Source: an uncultured Acidobacteriaceae bacterium (GTDB lineage: Bacteria; Acidobacteriota; Terriglobia; Terriglobales; Acidobacteriaceae). Taken from it: 64,000 nucleotides of DNA. This document shows, piece by piece, positions 9,514 through 17,924 of this stretch (the stretch's first letter is position 1; every line of letters starts with the position of its first letter). Below the pieces are notes generated by a model, which did not search any database, had not been told where the DNA came from, and saw only the letters and a list, made by a program, of their open reading frames with translations. The stretch covers positions 101,185 to 165,184 of the forward strand of contig CAWHSK010000001.1 of assembly GCA_963832035.1 (NCBI GenBank), read 5' to 3'. The position numbers were made by a program, and so were the translations under genes.

Positions 9514-10497
9514 TCACCGCTCCACTTGCACCACGTGCACTACCTGCACCAGCGGATTCACCGGCGGAATCTCATCCAGAGGAAACCCCAGCCGTTTCCA
9601 TTCGTCATATCCCCCGCGCAACGGCCGCACCCGCTCAATTCCCAGCTTATGCAGCGTCATCGCCGTCTTCGCCGCCGTCGCTTCGCTGGGGCAGGTGCAG
9701 AACAGCACCACGTCGCGATCCCGCGGAATCTCCCCGTGCCGCGCCGCCAGCGCATCCGGAGAAAAGTGCATCGCGCTTGGCAAGGTGAACGGCTCTGCCA
9801 TCAACTCCAGCGGATGACGCAGATCCACGATATACACATGTTCACCTGCATCAAGTTGCGCCTTCAGTTCCTCCGGCTCCAGCCGCGAAGCCACCAGCCT
9901 CTTCAGCACCATGCGTCGCCGATAGACACGCATGACAAAAAATCCCAGAATGCCGGCTATCAAGAGCGCCCCTGAGAACCGACCCGCCAAATCCAGCAGG
10001 TTGGGATCGCGTTTCAGAGCATCCCCAAAGAGCCTGCCGCTCGTCAGCAACGCCAGAAGCCACAGGCTCGCGCCAATCGCGTCGAAAAACAAGAACCGCG
10101 GCAGGCTCATCCCGTTCTCGCCCGCCACCGGAGCCGCCAAAGTCGCCAGCCCCGGCACAAACTTCGCGAACATCAGCATTACGCTGCGCCGCCGCCCAAA
10201 CGAGTCCTGCGTGCGACGAACACAAATCGTCGGCTCCATCGAAAGCTTGCAGAGTAGGCGCATCACATGGTGCCCATAGCGCCGCCCGATTAGAAACCAG
10301 CTCGTGTCCGCCACCATGCATGCCAGAAAGCCAGCCAGAAACGCAGCACCAAAGCTGAGCTCGTGATCCGCCGAGAGCCCGCCCGCCGCCAGCAACACTG
10401 GTGTCGCGGGCAGCGGAATGCCGAACTGCTCCACCAGCACCCAACCGAATAGCAGAATGTAACCGTAAGTGAGAAGAATATGTGTGGGAAGAGCCAT
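9514..10497 (-). CDS. DedA/VTT-family membrane protein fused to a C-terminal rhodanese domain
   Basis: EQFGIPLP, GWYxxG-like segment and KFVPG DedA motifs; IVDLR...CTCPSE...LRGGYDEW rhodanese fold; start MALPTH at 10497. Confidence 0.88.
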   Translation of the reverse strand: MALPTHILLTYGYILLFGWVLVEQFGIPLPATPVLLAAGGLSADHELSFGAAFLAGFLACMVADTSWFLIGRRYGHHVMRLLCKLSMEPTICVRRTQDSFGRRRSVMLMFAKFVPGLATLAAPVAGENGMSLPRFLFFDAIGASLWLLALLTSGRLFGDALKRDPNLLDLAGRFSGALLIAGILGFFVMRVYRRRMVLKRLVASRLEPEELKAQLDAGEHVYIVDLRHPLELMAEPFTLPSAMHFSPDALAARHGEIPRDRDVVLFCTCPSEATAAKTAMTLHKLGIERVRPLRGGYDEWKRLGFPLDEIPPVNPLVQVVHVVQVER

Positions 10498-10675
10498 ACG
10501 CTGAGTCCAGTTTTCTGTCGGCTTCAGATCATGAATCGGGGCGCAATGCATCGCATCCGCCTGACCTTACTCTATCCGATGATCCTAAACCAGATTCGTT
10601 TCATCCATCCCGGCTCGGCGACCGTCGCCGAGCAGATCCACCCCGATCTTGTCTTGAATTTCCGGCTCGCGAGAA

Positions 10676-10921
10676 CTACTTATGCCGCGGCGCGGTCAGA
10701 GCGGCAAGAACAGGAGCATCGTCCAGGGCGTCAACCATGTGTATCTCGGCAAGCCCGTTAAGAATCGACCGTTTGGCTTGGATCACAGCAGGGTCGGTAG
10801 GACTGCTCGCCTCCTCCATGCTTCTGAACACCGTGCAAATCGCAGTCAATAGCTCCTTGCGTTCGGTAATCATTTGGAGCTCCGTTGGACCCCAGGGATG
10901 GGGAGCCTCAACATAGCGCAT
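10676..10921 (-). CDS. Small hypothetical protein (about 81 aa, helical)
   Basis: Part of ORF 10676-11095 from the internal ATG (MRYVEAP...) has natural amphipathic composition; no domain recognised. Confidence 0.5.
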   Translation of the reverse strand: MRYVEAPHPWGPTELQMITERKELLTAICTVFRSMEEASSPTDPAVIQAKRSILNGLAEIHMVDALDDAPVLAALTAPRHK

Positions 10922-11118
10922 CTCAATCTCAGTTGCAAGATCGAATGCGGATCGCCCTGCCGACGCGCTGGTAAATGCTACCGGGCACGTTCTCCGCCTC
11001 CCCCATGTCCACCCCGGGTGAAAGTCCGTGTTCCCCTCCATCGCAGTTTGGCTTTGAGTGGGCCCGGAACGCCTAGAAATCAGCGCCCAACTCATCCTGA
11101 ATCAATGCGAACGAAGAT

Positions 11119-11373
11119 TCAAAGCCGCAGAAGCGGCCACTTACCGCCCTCGCGCCGGACCCTGAAGACGCGGCCTCGAACATCCAGGCGATAGATTCCA
11201 TCCGGCGGTGACTGTTCGGCCGAGTCGATCCTGAGGCTGGTGAACACCGCGTTTGCTGACCTTCCGGGTGTCACCTTTGTCACCAGCGCCACCGTGCACT
11301 TGAGTTCGACGGCGCCTCCGTCTTCTCGAAGAATGCCCGGAAACGAATCGGTTTTGTCCGTACCCTTTTTCAT
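11119..11373 (-). CDS. Small hypothetical protein (84 aa, beta-rich)
   Basis: ATG start, balanced composition with alternating beta-strand patterns (GIYRLDVRGRVFRVRR); no competing long ORF. Confidence 0.6.
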   Translation of the reverse strand: MKKGTDKTDSFPGILREDGGAVELKCTVALVTKVTPGRSANAVFTSLRIDSAEQSPPDGIYRLDVRGRVFRVRREGGKWPLLRL

Positions 11374-11511
11374 TGCCTGCTTACCATTCTAAGAACACGC
11401 CGGCCGCCCGACACTCAAGTGAACCACAACCGTAACTCTCATAGAAGATGACAGTGGTCGGGTAGACGTCGGTGTTCAGAAGCTGATTAAGCTCTTTTGA
11501 TTGTGGCGTGT

Positions 11512-11703
11512 TTACGGCTTCGGCGGGGGTCCCGGTGCGGGATTGCGGCTGTGCCGGTCCAATGCGGCAATGCGCTGCAGAAGCCGGCGCCGATACTCGG
11601 CCGTGGCGTTCTGGCCCAGGACTGAGGGTCCTTCAAGGTCCAGAACACGGAGCGCGGCGAGATAGTCCTGAATCAGTGAATCGGCAGATTGCATGGCTTT
11701 CAA
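11512..11703 (-). CDS. Small hypothetical protein (about 63 aa)
   Basis: TTG start overlaps the stop of the upstream ORF (TTGA); alternative ATG at 11694; amphipathic helices. Confidence 0.5.
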   Translation of the reverse strand: MKAMQSADSLIQDYLAALRVLDLEGPSVLGQNATAEYRRRLLQRIAALDRHSRNPAPGPPPKP

Positions 11704-11894
11704 ATCCCCTGGGCTGCCGCGCGCCGCAATTCTTCCACTCGACGCAGAGCGGCTTCAAGCCCCGCGACGCGGTAGCGAAGAAACCGGCTAAGGTCACGCT
11801 GGATCCTCTCCGCAATCAATGCGCCTTCCCCGTGGCTGCGAGCGAGAGCCCGTTGCAAGATGTCTGCCGCGTTGACCCGTGACGAAGTGTGCAT
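11700..11894 (-). CDS. Small hypothetical protein (64 aa, helical and Arg-rich)
   Basis: ATG start; coupled by overlap to 11512-11703; coiled-coil-like LEAALRRVEELRR. Confidence 0.5.
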   Translation of the reverse strand: MHTSSRVNAADILQRALARSHGEGALIAERIQRDLSRFLRYRVAGLEAALRRVEELRRAAAQGI

Positions 11895-12007
11895 GATTGA
11901 GAGAGGTTGGCACAGCTTATGCGAGGCGGGATGTATGCGCGATCACAACAGGCGACCAAAACCGGCCATTGCAGTCCGGCGAGAACGCTGGGCTTCTATC
12001 CCACGAA

Positions 12008-12043
12008 TAACTGCTCTGGTAACTGCTCTGCTCACTGTTCTGG
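12008..12043. repeat. Three imperfect tandem copies of a 12-bp unit
   Basis: TAACTGCTCTGG TAACTGCTCTGC TCACTGTTCTGG. Confidence 0.7.
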
Positions 12044-12155
12044 AACAGAGTTGGTTTCATCCTTCGCGTCCCTGATGCGGCAAACTGCGATAGACGTGCG
12101 ATGGCAACCTCAATCATAGCGATACGGCGGAGTAGAAGATCCCTGACGGCTCAGA

Positions 12156-12374
12156 CTACTTGGCGCTGGATTTGGACGCGGCAAAGCTCGCGCTCGCAGG
12201 AGCTGCGGGAGCGAATTGCGGTGGCCGCGCGGGTTCAGGTTCTGCATCATCTGGACCGAATAACTCACGGAAGTCCTCGACGAACGAGATAAGGATCACG
12301 ACTGAGGAGCCCGCCAAACCTATAAAGAATAGTGCAACTACTACATCGACAAAAACCACGCCTAAGGAGTGCAT
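12156..12374 (-). CDS. Small single-pass membrane protein
   Basis: Hydrophobic segment VVVALFFIGLAGSSVVILISF followed by VEDFRELFG and a Pro/Ala tail. Confidence 0.7.
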   Translation of the reverse strand: MHSLGVVFVDVVVALFFIGLAGSSVVILISFVEDFRELFGPDDAEPEPARPPQFAPAAPASASFAASKSSAK

Positions 12375-12606
12375 TCCCGCAGTATGGTGCGTGAACTGTC
12401 AATAAAAGCTAAGGACAACGTAAGGAAACTATAAGAGGTCAAACCGATCGAAGATGTAGGCTGTTCTCCGTTGCTCATTCCGCGCATCCATAAGGAGTTC
12501 CCTGCCGACGCGAACATCCGGTTTCGGGGACTCACGACACGGAAAAGCCTGCTCCATCTCGGTTGCAGCTTTTTCGATCATCACACGGCCACTCGAACTC
12601 GCGCGG

Positions 12607-13014
12607 CTATTCGAAGCTGACAAATCGCTGGCCTGACAGCGCGGCATCGATCGCCGGCAGCAGGTCGTTCGCGGCATGTGTCTTGAAGACGTAACCGCAC
12701 GCTCCCTGTCTCATCACTTCTTGAACGATGTCGGGAGAGGTCTCCTGGGTCGAAAAGATGATCTTCGACTCCGGCACAATTGCGCGAATCCGCCGCGCAG
12801 CCTCGATGCCGTTCAGCGTCGGCAGGCAAATGTCGAGAAAGATCAGATCCGGATGCAGTTCCTCAGCCTTTTGAACCGCTTCCAGCCCGTCTTCCACTTC
12901 ACAAATGACCCGCAACGCGGCCCTCTTCTTCAATTCTGAGCAGACGAAACGCCGGAAAGGCTGGAAATCCTCAACCACCATTACACGAATCGATGATCCT
13001 GCTTTCACAAACAT
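12607..13014 (-). CDS. Single-domain response regulator (NarL-type receiver, no output domain)
   Basis: VMVVEDF, LIFLDICLP (phospho-Asp), FSTQ and YVFK motifs; ends right after the receiver domain. Confidence 0.9.
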   Translation of the reverse strand: MFVKAGSSIRVMVVEDFQPFRRFVCSELKKRAALRVICEVEDGLEAVQKAEELHPDLIFLDICLPTLNGIEAARRIRAIVPESKIIFSTQETSPDIVQEVMRQGACGYVFKTHAANDLLPAIDAALSGQRFVSFE

Positions 13015-13095
13015 GGCCCTCTGATTCGTGAACGCAGCTGATCGCGAATCGGATTCTAAGATGGGGAACTGAACACAATTGTTATCACTTCGACA

Positions 13096-13237
13096 GCTGC
13101 CGAATCCGTGATGTGTGACACCGGTGGGGGGCCCGGTGGTAACCTTCGGCAGCCTCTGACTCAGCGAGCAAATGAATTGCAGGTCACCACAGGTTGTGGG
13201 AGCTCTGGGGGGTGGAACTCAAACCACAACCTGTGGT
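13096..13237. ncRNA. Candidate structured RNA: two adjacent hairpins, each with a TGGGGGG loop (CCCCCCA on the minus strand)
   Basis: GCTGCCGAA/TTCGGCAGC enclosing CACCGG/CCGGTG; perfect 14-bp ACCACAGGTTGTGG/CCACAACCTGTGGT; the same G6 loop in both. Confidence 0.4.
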
Positions 13238-13448
13238 ATTTCACCATCCATCTTCCCAATGGATAGCGGGGAGGGCTGTGGAGGTTCAGCCACCCACAGT
13301 CTGACAGTGAACGCTCTAAACTGACCTGACAACTGGAAGATTTACCAGTTTGCACCCCACGACTTTTGGATCCCATCAGCGATTAGAGGCTGAGAATTCG
13401 GACGCACTTTGCGAGCTTCAGTCCAGAGGAGCTCGTTGCTTTGCAGGC

Positions 13449-13614
13449 GGCACGAGTTCAAATTCCGCCGAAAAACTTCACACTTTATGGAAAACTCCAC
13501 GCCCTATAGATGGAGGGAGCGTGGGGCTTCCAGCCCCACGAATAACAGCCCTGGAACCACTGGGCTTCAGCCCCGGCAGCCTCATCATCGAGGTGATCTG
13601 GAACACCGCGCCAT
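13449..13614 (-). repeat. MITE-like element (family C), minus-strand copy with one diverged end
   Basis: Core GCCGGGGCTGAAGCCC...ATTCGTGGGGCTGGAAGCCCCACGCTCCCTCC matches 31886-31950; the end GGCACGAGTTCAAATTCCGCCGAAAAA resembles the terminal repeat of the 31.9-kb copy. Confidence 0.7.
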
Positions 13615-13626
13615 GGATGGGCACCC
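13608..13626 (+). repeat. Fragment of REP family A
   Basis: GCGCCATGGATGGGCACCC matches the 3' half of the element at 9136-9184. Confidence 0.6.
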
Positions 13627-13654
13627 AGTTTCGAGCTGAGCTAGACGAAAGCGA

Positions 13655-13707
13655 AAGCAGGTCCTTCGACTCCCCTTCACTTTGTGAAGGGTTGCTCAGG
13701 ATGACGG
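13655..13707 (+). repeat. REP-like element, family B (AAGCAGGTCCTTCGAC...GCTCAGGATGACGG)
   Basis: Same 16-nt left end and 14-nt right end as 58418-58460, with a different internal hairpin. Confidence 0.8.
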
Positions 13708-13720
13708 ACTCGGGTAGGTT

Positions 13721-14866
13721 TCAGCTTCTCTGGATCTGGGCGTTGGGGTTGTGGCCTGAGGCCGGCGTGAAAAGAGTGGCGAGCTTGTTGCCGATGGGGG
13801 AGCCAAGGCCGGTGCAGGGGTCGGGACCGGGGGCGGCGTTGTAGTAGCCGTTGCCGCCGCTGGTGATGTCGTTAAAGTCGGACTGGTTCTGGTAGAGCGA
13901 GGGCGTTACGAAGCCGAGCTTTTTTCCGAAGGCTGCGAAGAGACCTGCGTAGAGGGGCGCGACGGCGCTGGTGCCGCCGACGACTGTTGTCGATCCGTGG
14001 ACGAAGACGTTGTAACCGGTGTTGGGATCGGCGTCGGCAGCGACGTCGGGAACCATGCGGCCTTTTCCGTAGGGCGAGTTGGCGGGCGCCTTGGGAATGC
14101 CGATCTGAAAGCTCTGTACGGGAAAGATGGTGGAGTATCCGCCGCCAGTGCCTTCGCCATTGGTCTGGCCGGGGCTGTCGTTCCAGACGGTTTCGACTGC
14201 GGATGTTTTGTAGGTGCCCCCGCAACCCACGACGTGGGGGCACGACGAGGGAGCGTCGACGTTCGCGGGAGTTGAACTGCCATCGCTGGAGTCGTTATCG
14301 CCGGATGCGGCGAAGACAATCATGCCGAGGGCGGTGGCGGTAGCGGCAGCGGATTCCATTTCGTCGGCGGCCTCGGTGCCCCAGGTGGACTCATCGGCTC
14401 CCCAGGAGATGGAGCAGACGTCACAGCCATCGTTGGCGGCTTTCTCGACGGCGGTGGCGATGTCCTGCGACCAGTACATGCGGATGGTGGCGGGTTTGCC
14501 GGTGGCTGCGTAGTAGGCGGCCGCGGAGACTTCGATGTCGAGCGCGACTTCGTAATCGGGATCGCTGTTTGAGCCGGGGCTCTGGTTGGGGCTGTTCTTT
14601 GTGCCGTCGACAGAGACGTCGGTGATATTGGGAACCGGCTGATTGATGGATTTGAAGTATTGGTCGATGTCGGACTGGACCCATCCGCCACCGAGCTCAA
14701 TGATTGCGATGACGCCGCCGCCGGCGAGGTTGGTAGGCCAGTTGTAGGCCGCGCAGAGATTGGGAGTGCTCCAGGGCGCGGGCGCCAGGGGACCGAGTTG
14801 GAAATGGGGAGTGAGACGACGGAGACGGAAGTAGGGATGGCAGGGAACGCGCGGAGTGTTTGGCAT
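13721..14866 (-). CDS. Sedolisin/kumamolisin-like S53 serine peptidase lacking the prodomain
   Basis: IAIIELGGG, EVALDIE (Glu/Asp), SISWG, SGDNDS oxyanion Asp, GGTSAVAP (Ser) and DITSG...DPCTGLGSP Ca site; AAGGA RBS before the ATG at 14866. Confidence 0.92.
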   Translation of the reverse strand: MPNTPRVPCHPYFRLRRLTPHFQLGPLAPAPWSTPNLCAAYNWPTNLAGGGVIAIIELGGGWVQSDIDQYFKSINQPVPNITDVSVDGTKNSPNQSPGSNSDPDYEVALDIEVSAAAYYAATGKPATIRMYWSQDIATAVEKAANDGCDVCSISWGADESTWGTEAADEMESAAATATALGMIVFAASGDNDSSDGSSTPANVDAPSSCPHVVGCGGTYKTSAVETVWNDSPGQTNGEGTGGGYSTIFPVQSFQIGIPKAPANSPYGKGRMVPDVAADADPNTGYNVFVHGSTTVVGGTSAVAPLYAGLFAAFGKKLGFVTPSLYQNQSDFNDITSGGNGYYNAAPGPDPCTGLGSPIGNKLATLFTPASGHNPNAQIQRS

Positions 14867-15117
14867 GGGCGAGTGTCCTTTGTGGGATTTGGCGCTTCCT
14901 TGCGTGCTTAGATGCGGGAAGTTTGCAGTGGTGGTTTGAGACAAGGGTGTTGCGAAACTAAAGTTATGAAGAGCTAAAGCCTTAGTATGGTTGGGGGGGT
15001 GGCAGATGAAGGGGAATCGCGAGCAGGTTTTAACGAGCATGGTTCAGTTCTGAATCTCCTAGCAAGTTAGCGGCGCTTTGCGCCGAGCAAGTCAGCAAGT
15101 CAGTGGGGAGAAAAATT

Positions 15118-16773
15118 TTGGCATACGACGATCTGCGCGACTGGATCAAGATTCTTGAGAAGAATGGCGAACTGAAGCGGATTCGCGAGGAAGTGTCTCC
15201 GGAACTGGAGATCACGGAGATTACGGATCGGGTGTCGAAAACAGGGGTCAGGGCTCAGGGATCTGGGATCAGAAAGACAACTGGATCGATTGAAGGAAAG
15301 TACGCTCCCGGCGGGCCTGCGCTTCTGTTTGAAAACGTTAAGGGGCATCCGGGGCACAAGGTGTTGATGAACCAGTTCGGCAGCGAGCGACGGATGGCGA
15401 TGGCGCTGGGCGTGGAGCGGCTGGACGAGATTGCCGAACGCATCAAGGGGCTGATGAATGTGAAGGCGCCGGGGGGCGGGTTCCTGGACAAGCTGAAGAT
15501 GCTGCCGCAGCTGGCGGAGTTGGGGAATGTGTTTCCGAAAACGGTCCAGGCAAAGGATGCGCCGTGCAAGGAAGTGATTCTGCGTGACGGGTTTGATTTG
15601 AATGCGTTTCCGATTTTGAAGTGCTGGCCGTATGACGGAGGCCGGTTCATCACGCTGCCGTGTGTGCACACGAAGGATCCGCGGACAGGGAAGCGGAATA
15701 TCGGGATGTATCGCATGCAGGTGTATGACGGGCAGACGACGGGGATGCACTGGCAGCGGCAGAAGGTGGCGGCGGAGCATTTTCGAAATGCGTTGAGGGC
15801 TTCTGCGCAGACCGCGGCGACTGGTGATCCGCGGACGGCGAGTGTGGCGGCGATGGCGGAGTCGGCGGGTGGGGCGGTGACGATTCCGGATGGGCCGATT
15901 GGCGGTCTGCCGCAGGTGGCGATGGGGAATCTGAAGGGGTCGCGGTTGGAAGTGGCTGTTGCGATCGGGACTGATCCGGCGACGACGTTTGCGGCGATCG
16001 TGCCTGCGCCTCCGGAGGTCGAGGAGTTCATGATCGCGGGGTTCCTGCGCGGCAAGCCGGTGGAGATTGTGAAGTGCGAGACGGTGGATCTGGAAGTGCC
16101 GGCGAATGCGGAGATTGTGCTTGAGGGCTACGTCGAGCTTGGCGAGCTGCGCAGTGAGGGGCCGTTTGGCGATCACACCGGCTTCTACACCATGACGGAT
16201 GAGTATCCGGTGTTTCATCTGACGTGCATTACGCACCGCAAGGATCCGATTTATGCGGCAACGATTGTGGGGAAGCCGCCGATGGAAGATGCGTGGATGG
16301 GCAAGGCGGTGGAGCGGATTTTTTTGCCAGCAATGAGGCTGACGATTCCGGAGATTGTGGACATCAATTTGCCGGTTGAAGGCGTGTTTCACAATCTGAT
16401 GCTGGTATCGATCAAGAAGAGCTATCCGGGGCAGGCGCGGAAAGTAATGAACGCGATCTGGTCGCTGGGGCAGGCGATGTTTACCAAGTGCATCGTGGTG
16501 GTGGATGAGGACTGCGATGTGCAGGACATTGGCGAGGTGGTGCTTCGGGTGACGAACAACATCGATCCGGAGCGGGACATTCAGTTCACGCTGGGGCCGG
16601 TCGATTCGCTGGATCACTCGTCGCGCATGCCGAATTACGGATCGAAGATGGGGATCGATGCGACGCGGAAATGGAAGGCGGAGGGATTCGAGCGGCCGTG
16701 GCCGGCGATGATCGAGATGGATAGCGCGACGAAGGCCAACGTGGATGCGATTTGGGCGAAGCTGGGGCTGTAG
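15118..16773 (+). CDS. ubiD: UbiD-family (prFMN-dependent) decarboxylase, probably menaquinone pathway type
   Basis: LEITEITDR, GGPALLFENV, RNIGMYRMQ, EGPFGDHTG and SKMGIDAT; TTG start (MAYDDLRDW) after GGGGAG. Confidence 0.9.
   Translation: MAYDDLRDWIKILEKNGELKRIREEVSPELEITEITDRVSKTGVRAQGSGIRKTTGSIEGKYAPGGPALLFENVKGHPGHKVLMNQFGSERRMAMALGVERLDEIAERIKGLMNVKAPGGGFLDKLKMLPQLAELGNVFPKTVQAKDAPCKEVILRDGFDLNAFPILKCWPYDGGRFITLPCVHTKDPRTGKRNIGMYRMQVYDGQTTGMHWQRQKVAAEHFRNALRASAQTAATGDPRTASVAAMAESAGGAVTIPDGPIGGLPQVAMGNLKGSRLEVAVAIGTDPATTFAAIVPAPPEVEEFMIAGFLRGKPVEIVKCETVDLEVPANAEIVLEGYVELGELRSEGPFGDHTGFYTMTDEYPVFHLTCITHRKDPIYAATIVGKPPMEDAWMGKAVERIFLPAMRLTIPEIVDINLPVEGVFHNLMLVSIKKSYPGQARKVMNAIWSLGQAMFTKCIVVVDEDCDVQDIGEVVLRVTNNIDPERDIQFTLGPVDSLDHSSRMPNYGSKMGIDATRKWKAEGFERPWPAMIEMDSATKANVDAIWAKLGL
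15244..15271 (+). repeat. Four tandem heptamers (GGGNTCA) inside the ubiD coding sequence
   Basis: GGGGTCA GGGCTCA GGGATCT GGGATCA, read in frame as part of TGVRAQGSGIRK. Confidence 0.7.
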
Positions 16774-16864
16774 GGGATCGAACCCCTTCTTAACGGCAAC
16801 CGCTGTCATGAATGATGTCGCCAAGCGGCGCCCAGAAAAATGAAGATTGCCGCTAGTTGGGTTC

Positions 16865-16901
16865 GTGCTTTCCCACCCAAGCGGAGCTTGGATGGGGCAC
16901 C
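16865..16901 (+). repeat. REP-like element, family A (short internal hairpin)
   Basis: GTGCTTTCCCACCC-AAGCGGAGCTT-GGATGGGGCACC. Confidence 0.85.
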
Positions 16902-17041
16902 CTTCTTCTGTGCTGGTGTTTGAGTTTTTAAGGTCGATGTTTCGACTTTGGTTCGCTGCCTTCAACATGACAAATCTGTCGGGTGGCTTGGTGTGGTGAA
17001 CAGGCAGTTTGTTCGCTTGCTGCGTTTGATAGCCTGAGTTC

Positions 17042-17920
17042 ATGCGTGGTGTTTTCCCTTGGGCTGTTGCGGGCTTGATTGCCTTGGCGATCGCCGTTGT
17101 GACTTCCTCTTGTGCTGCGCAGGCTCCGGACACATTTCGATGGATTGATTTTCATGCGCAGAGCGACCAGGACGTGGTGGTGTGGGTGACGCGCGCGCTG
17201 GATAACGAGAAATGGACGGCGATACGCGAGATCGGCGTGCAATATGATGCGGCGCTGGTGATTACTTCGCTCCGTGCTACTCCTCAATCTGCGACCAATC
17301 GGGATACATTCACGATCTGGAGTATTTCGCTGAGCGATCGCAAGCTGACGCGCATCGTGGACTGCTCGAACCTGCGCCTGATGGACTGGGTGCTGCTGAA
17401 TGTGGGCCAGGGCAGGGAACTGGCTGCGCTTTACGATGACTGCAACGATTGCCAGGCGACTACGTATTTCACTGCGTTCCACTACGACCTGCGGCAGCGC
17501 ACGTTTGCCGGGCGTTGGATGGTGAACGGCAAGGCCGTACCGGTTTGGGCGTCGAATGCGGCCCTGGGAGTGACGCAGACGCAGGTGTTTGCGGTGATGG
17601 CGGATGGAAACGGACATGAAACTCTGGGCACCTGGAACTATCTGGATTATGGCAAGCAAAAGGGGGCCGAGGAGAGCGTTTATCGTTACGACCTCGATCC
17701 GCAGAGCGACCTGGAACGGGCGCAGCTGCTGACCGGGCGGGATGCAGCCGATATGAAGGACCGGTTGTGCAGGGCACAGGATGTGGTGCCGGGGCTGAGC
17801 CGGGGGCAGGATTCACTGCTCTGCCAGATGAGCCTGAGGCCGCACTACGAGCGCAAGCCAGTTACGACTCCGCCTGCAAATAATCAGGGGCAGTCGCGAC
17901 CTCCTGTGTCCCGACATTAG
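17042..17920 (+). CDS. Secreted or lipoprotein hypothetical protein (292 aa)
   Basis: Signal peptide ending TSSCAAQA; long ORF with normal composition and a CxDC pair; no family recognised. Confidence 0.75.
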   Translation: MRGVFPWAVAGLIALAIAVVTSSCAAQAPDTFRWIDFHAQSDQDVVVWVTRALDNEKWTAIREIGVQYDAALVITSLRATPQSATNRDTFTIWSISLSDRKLTRIVDCSNLRLMDWVLLNVGQGRELAALYDDCNDCQATTYFTAFHYDLRQRTFAGRWMVNGKAVPVWASNAALGVTQTQVFAVMADGNGHETLGTWNYLDYGKQKGAEESVYRYDLDPQSDLERAQLLTGRDAADMKDRLCRAQDVVPGLSRGQDSLLCQMSLRPHYERKPVTTPPANNQGQSRPPVSRH

Positions 17921-17924
17921 AAAA

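Noticed and set aside
13186-13237. NrdR boxes
   Set aside because: The arms loosely resemble NrdR palindromes, but the length and 38-bp spacing do not fit and no nrd gene is adjacent
14867-15040. N-terminal extension of the S53 peptidase as a prodomain
   Set aside because: Only 58 codons, promoter-like composition, no prodomain resemblance, and a good RBS precedes the ATG at 14866
15100-17133. 677-aa minus-strand ORF
   Set aside because: Antisense shadow of ubiD; Arg/His/Pro-rich with no motifs, as expected from the GC-rich codon bias of the real gene
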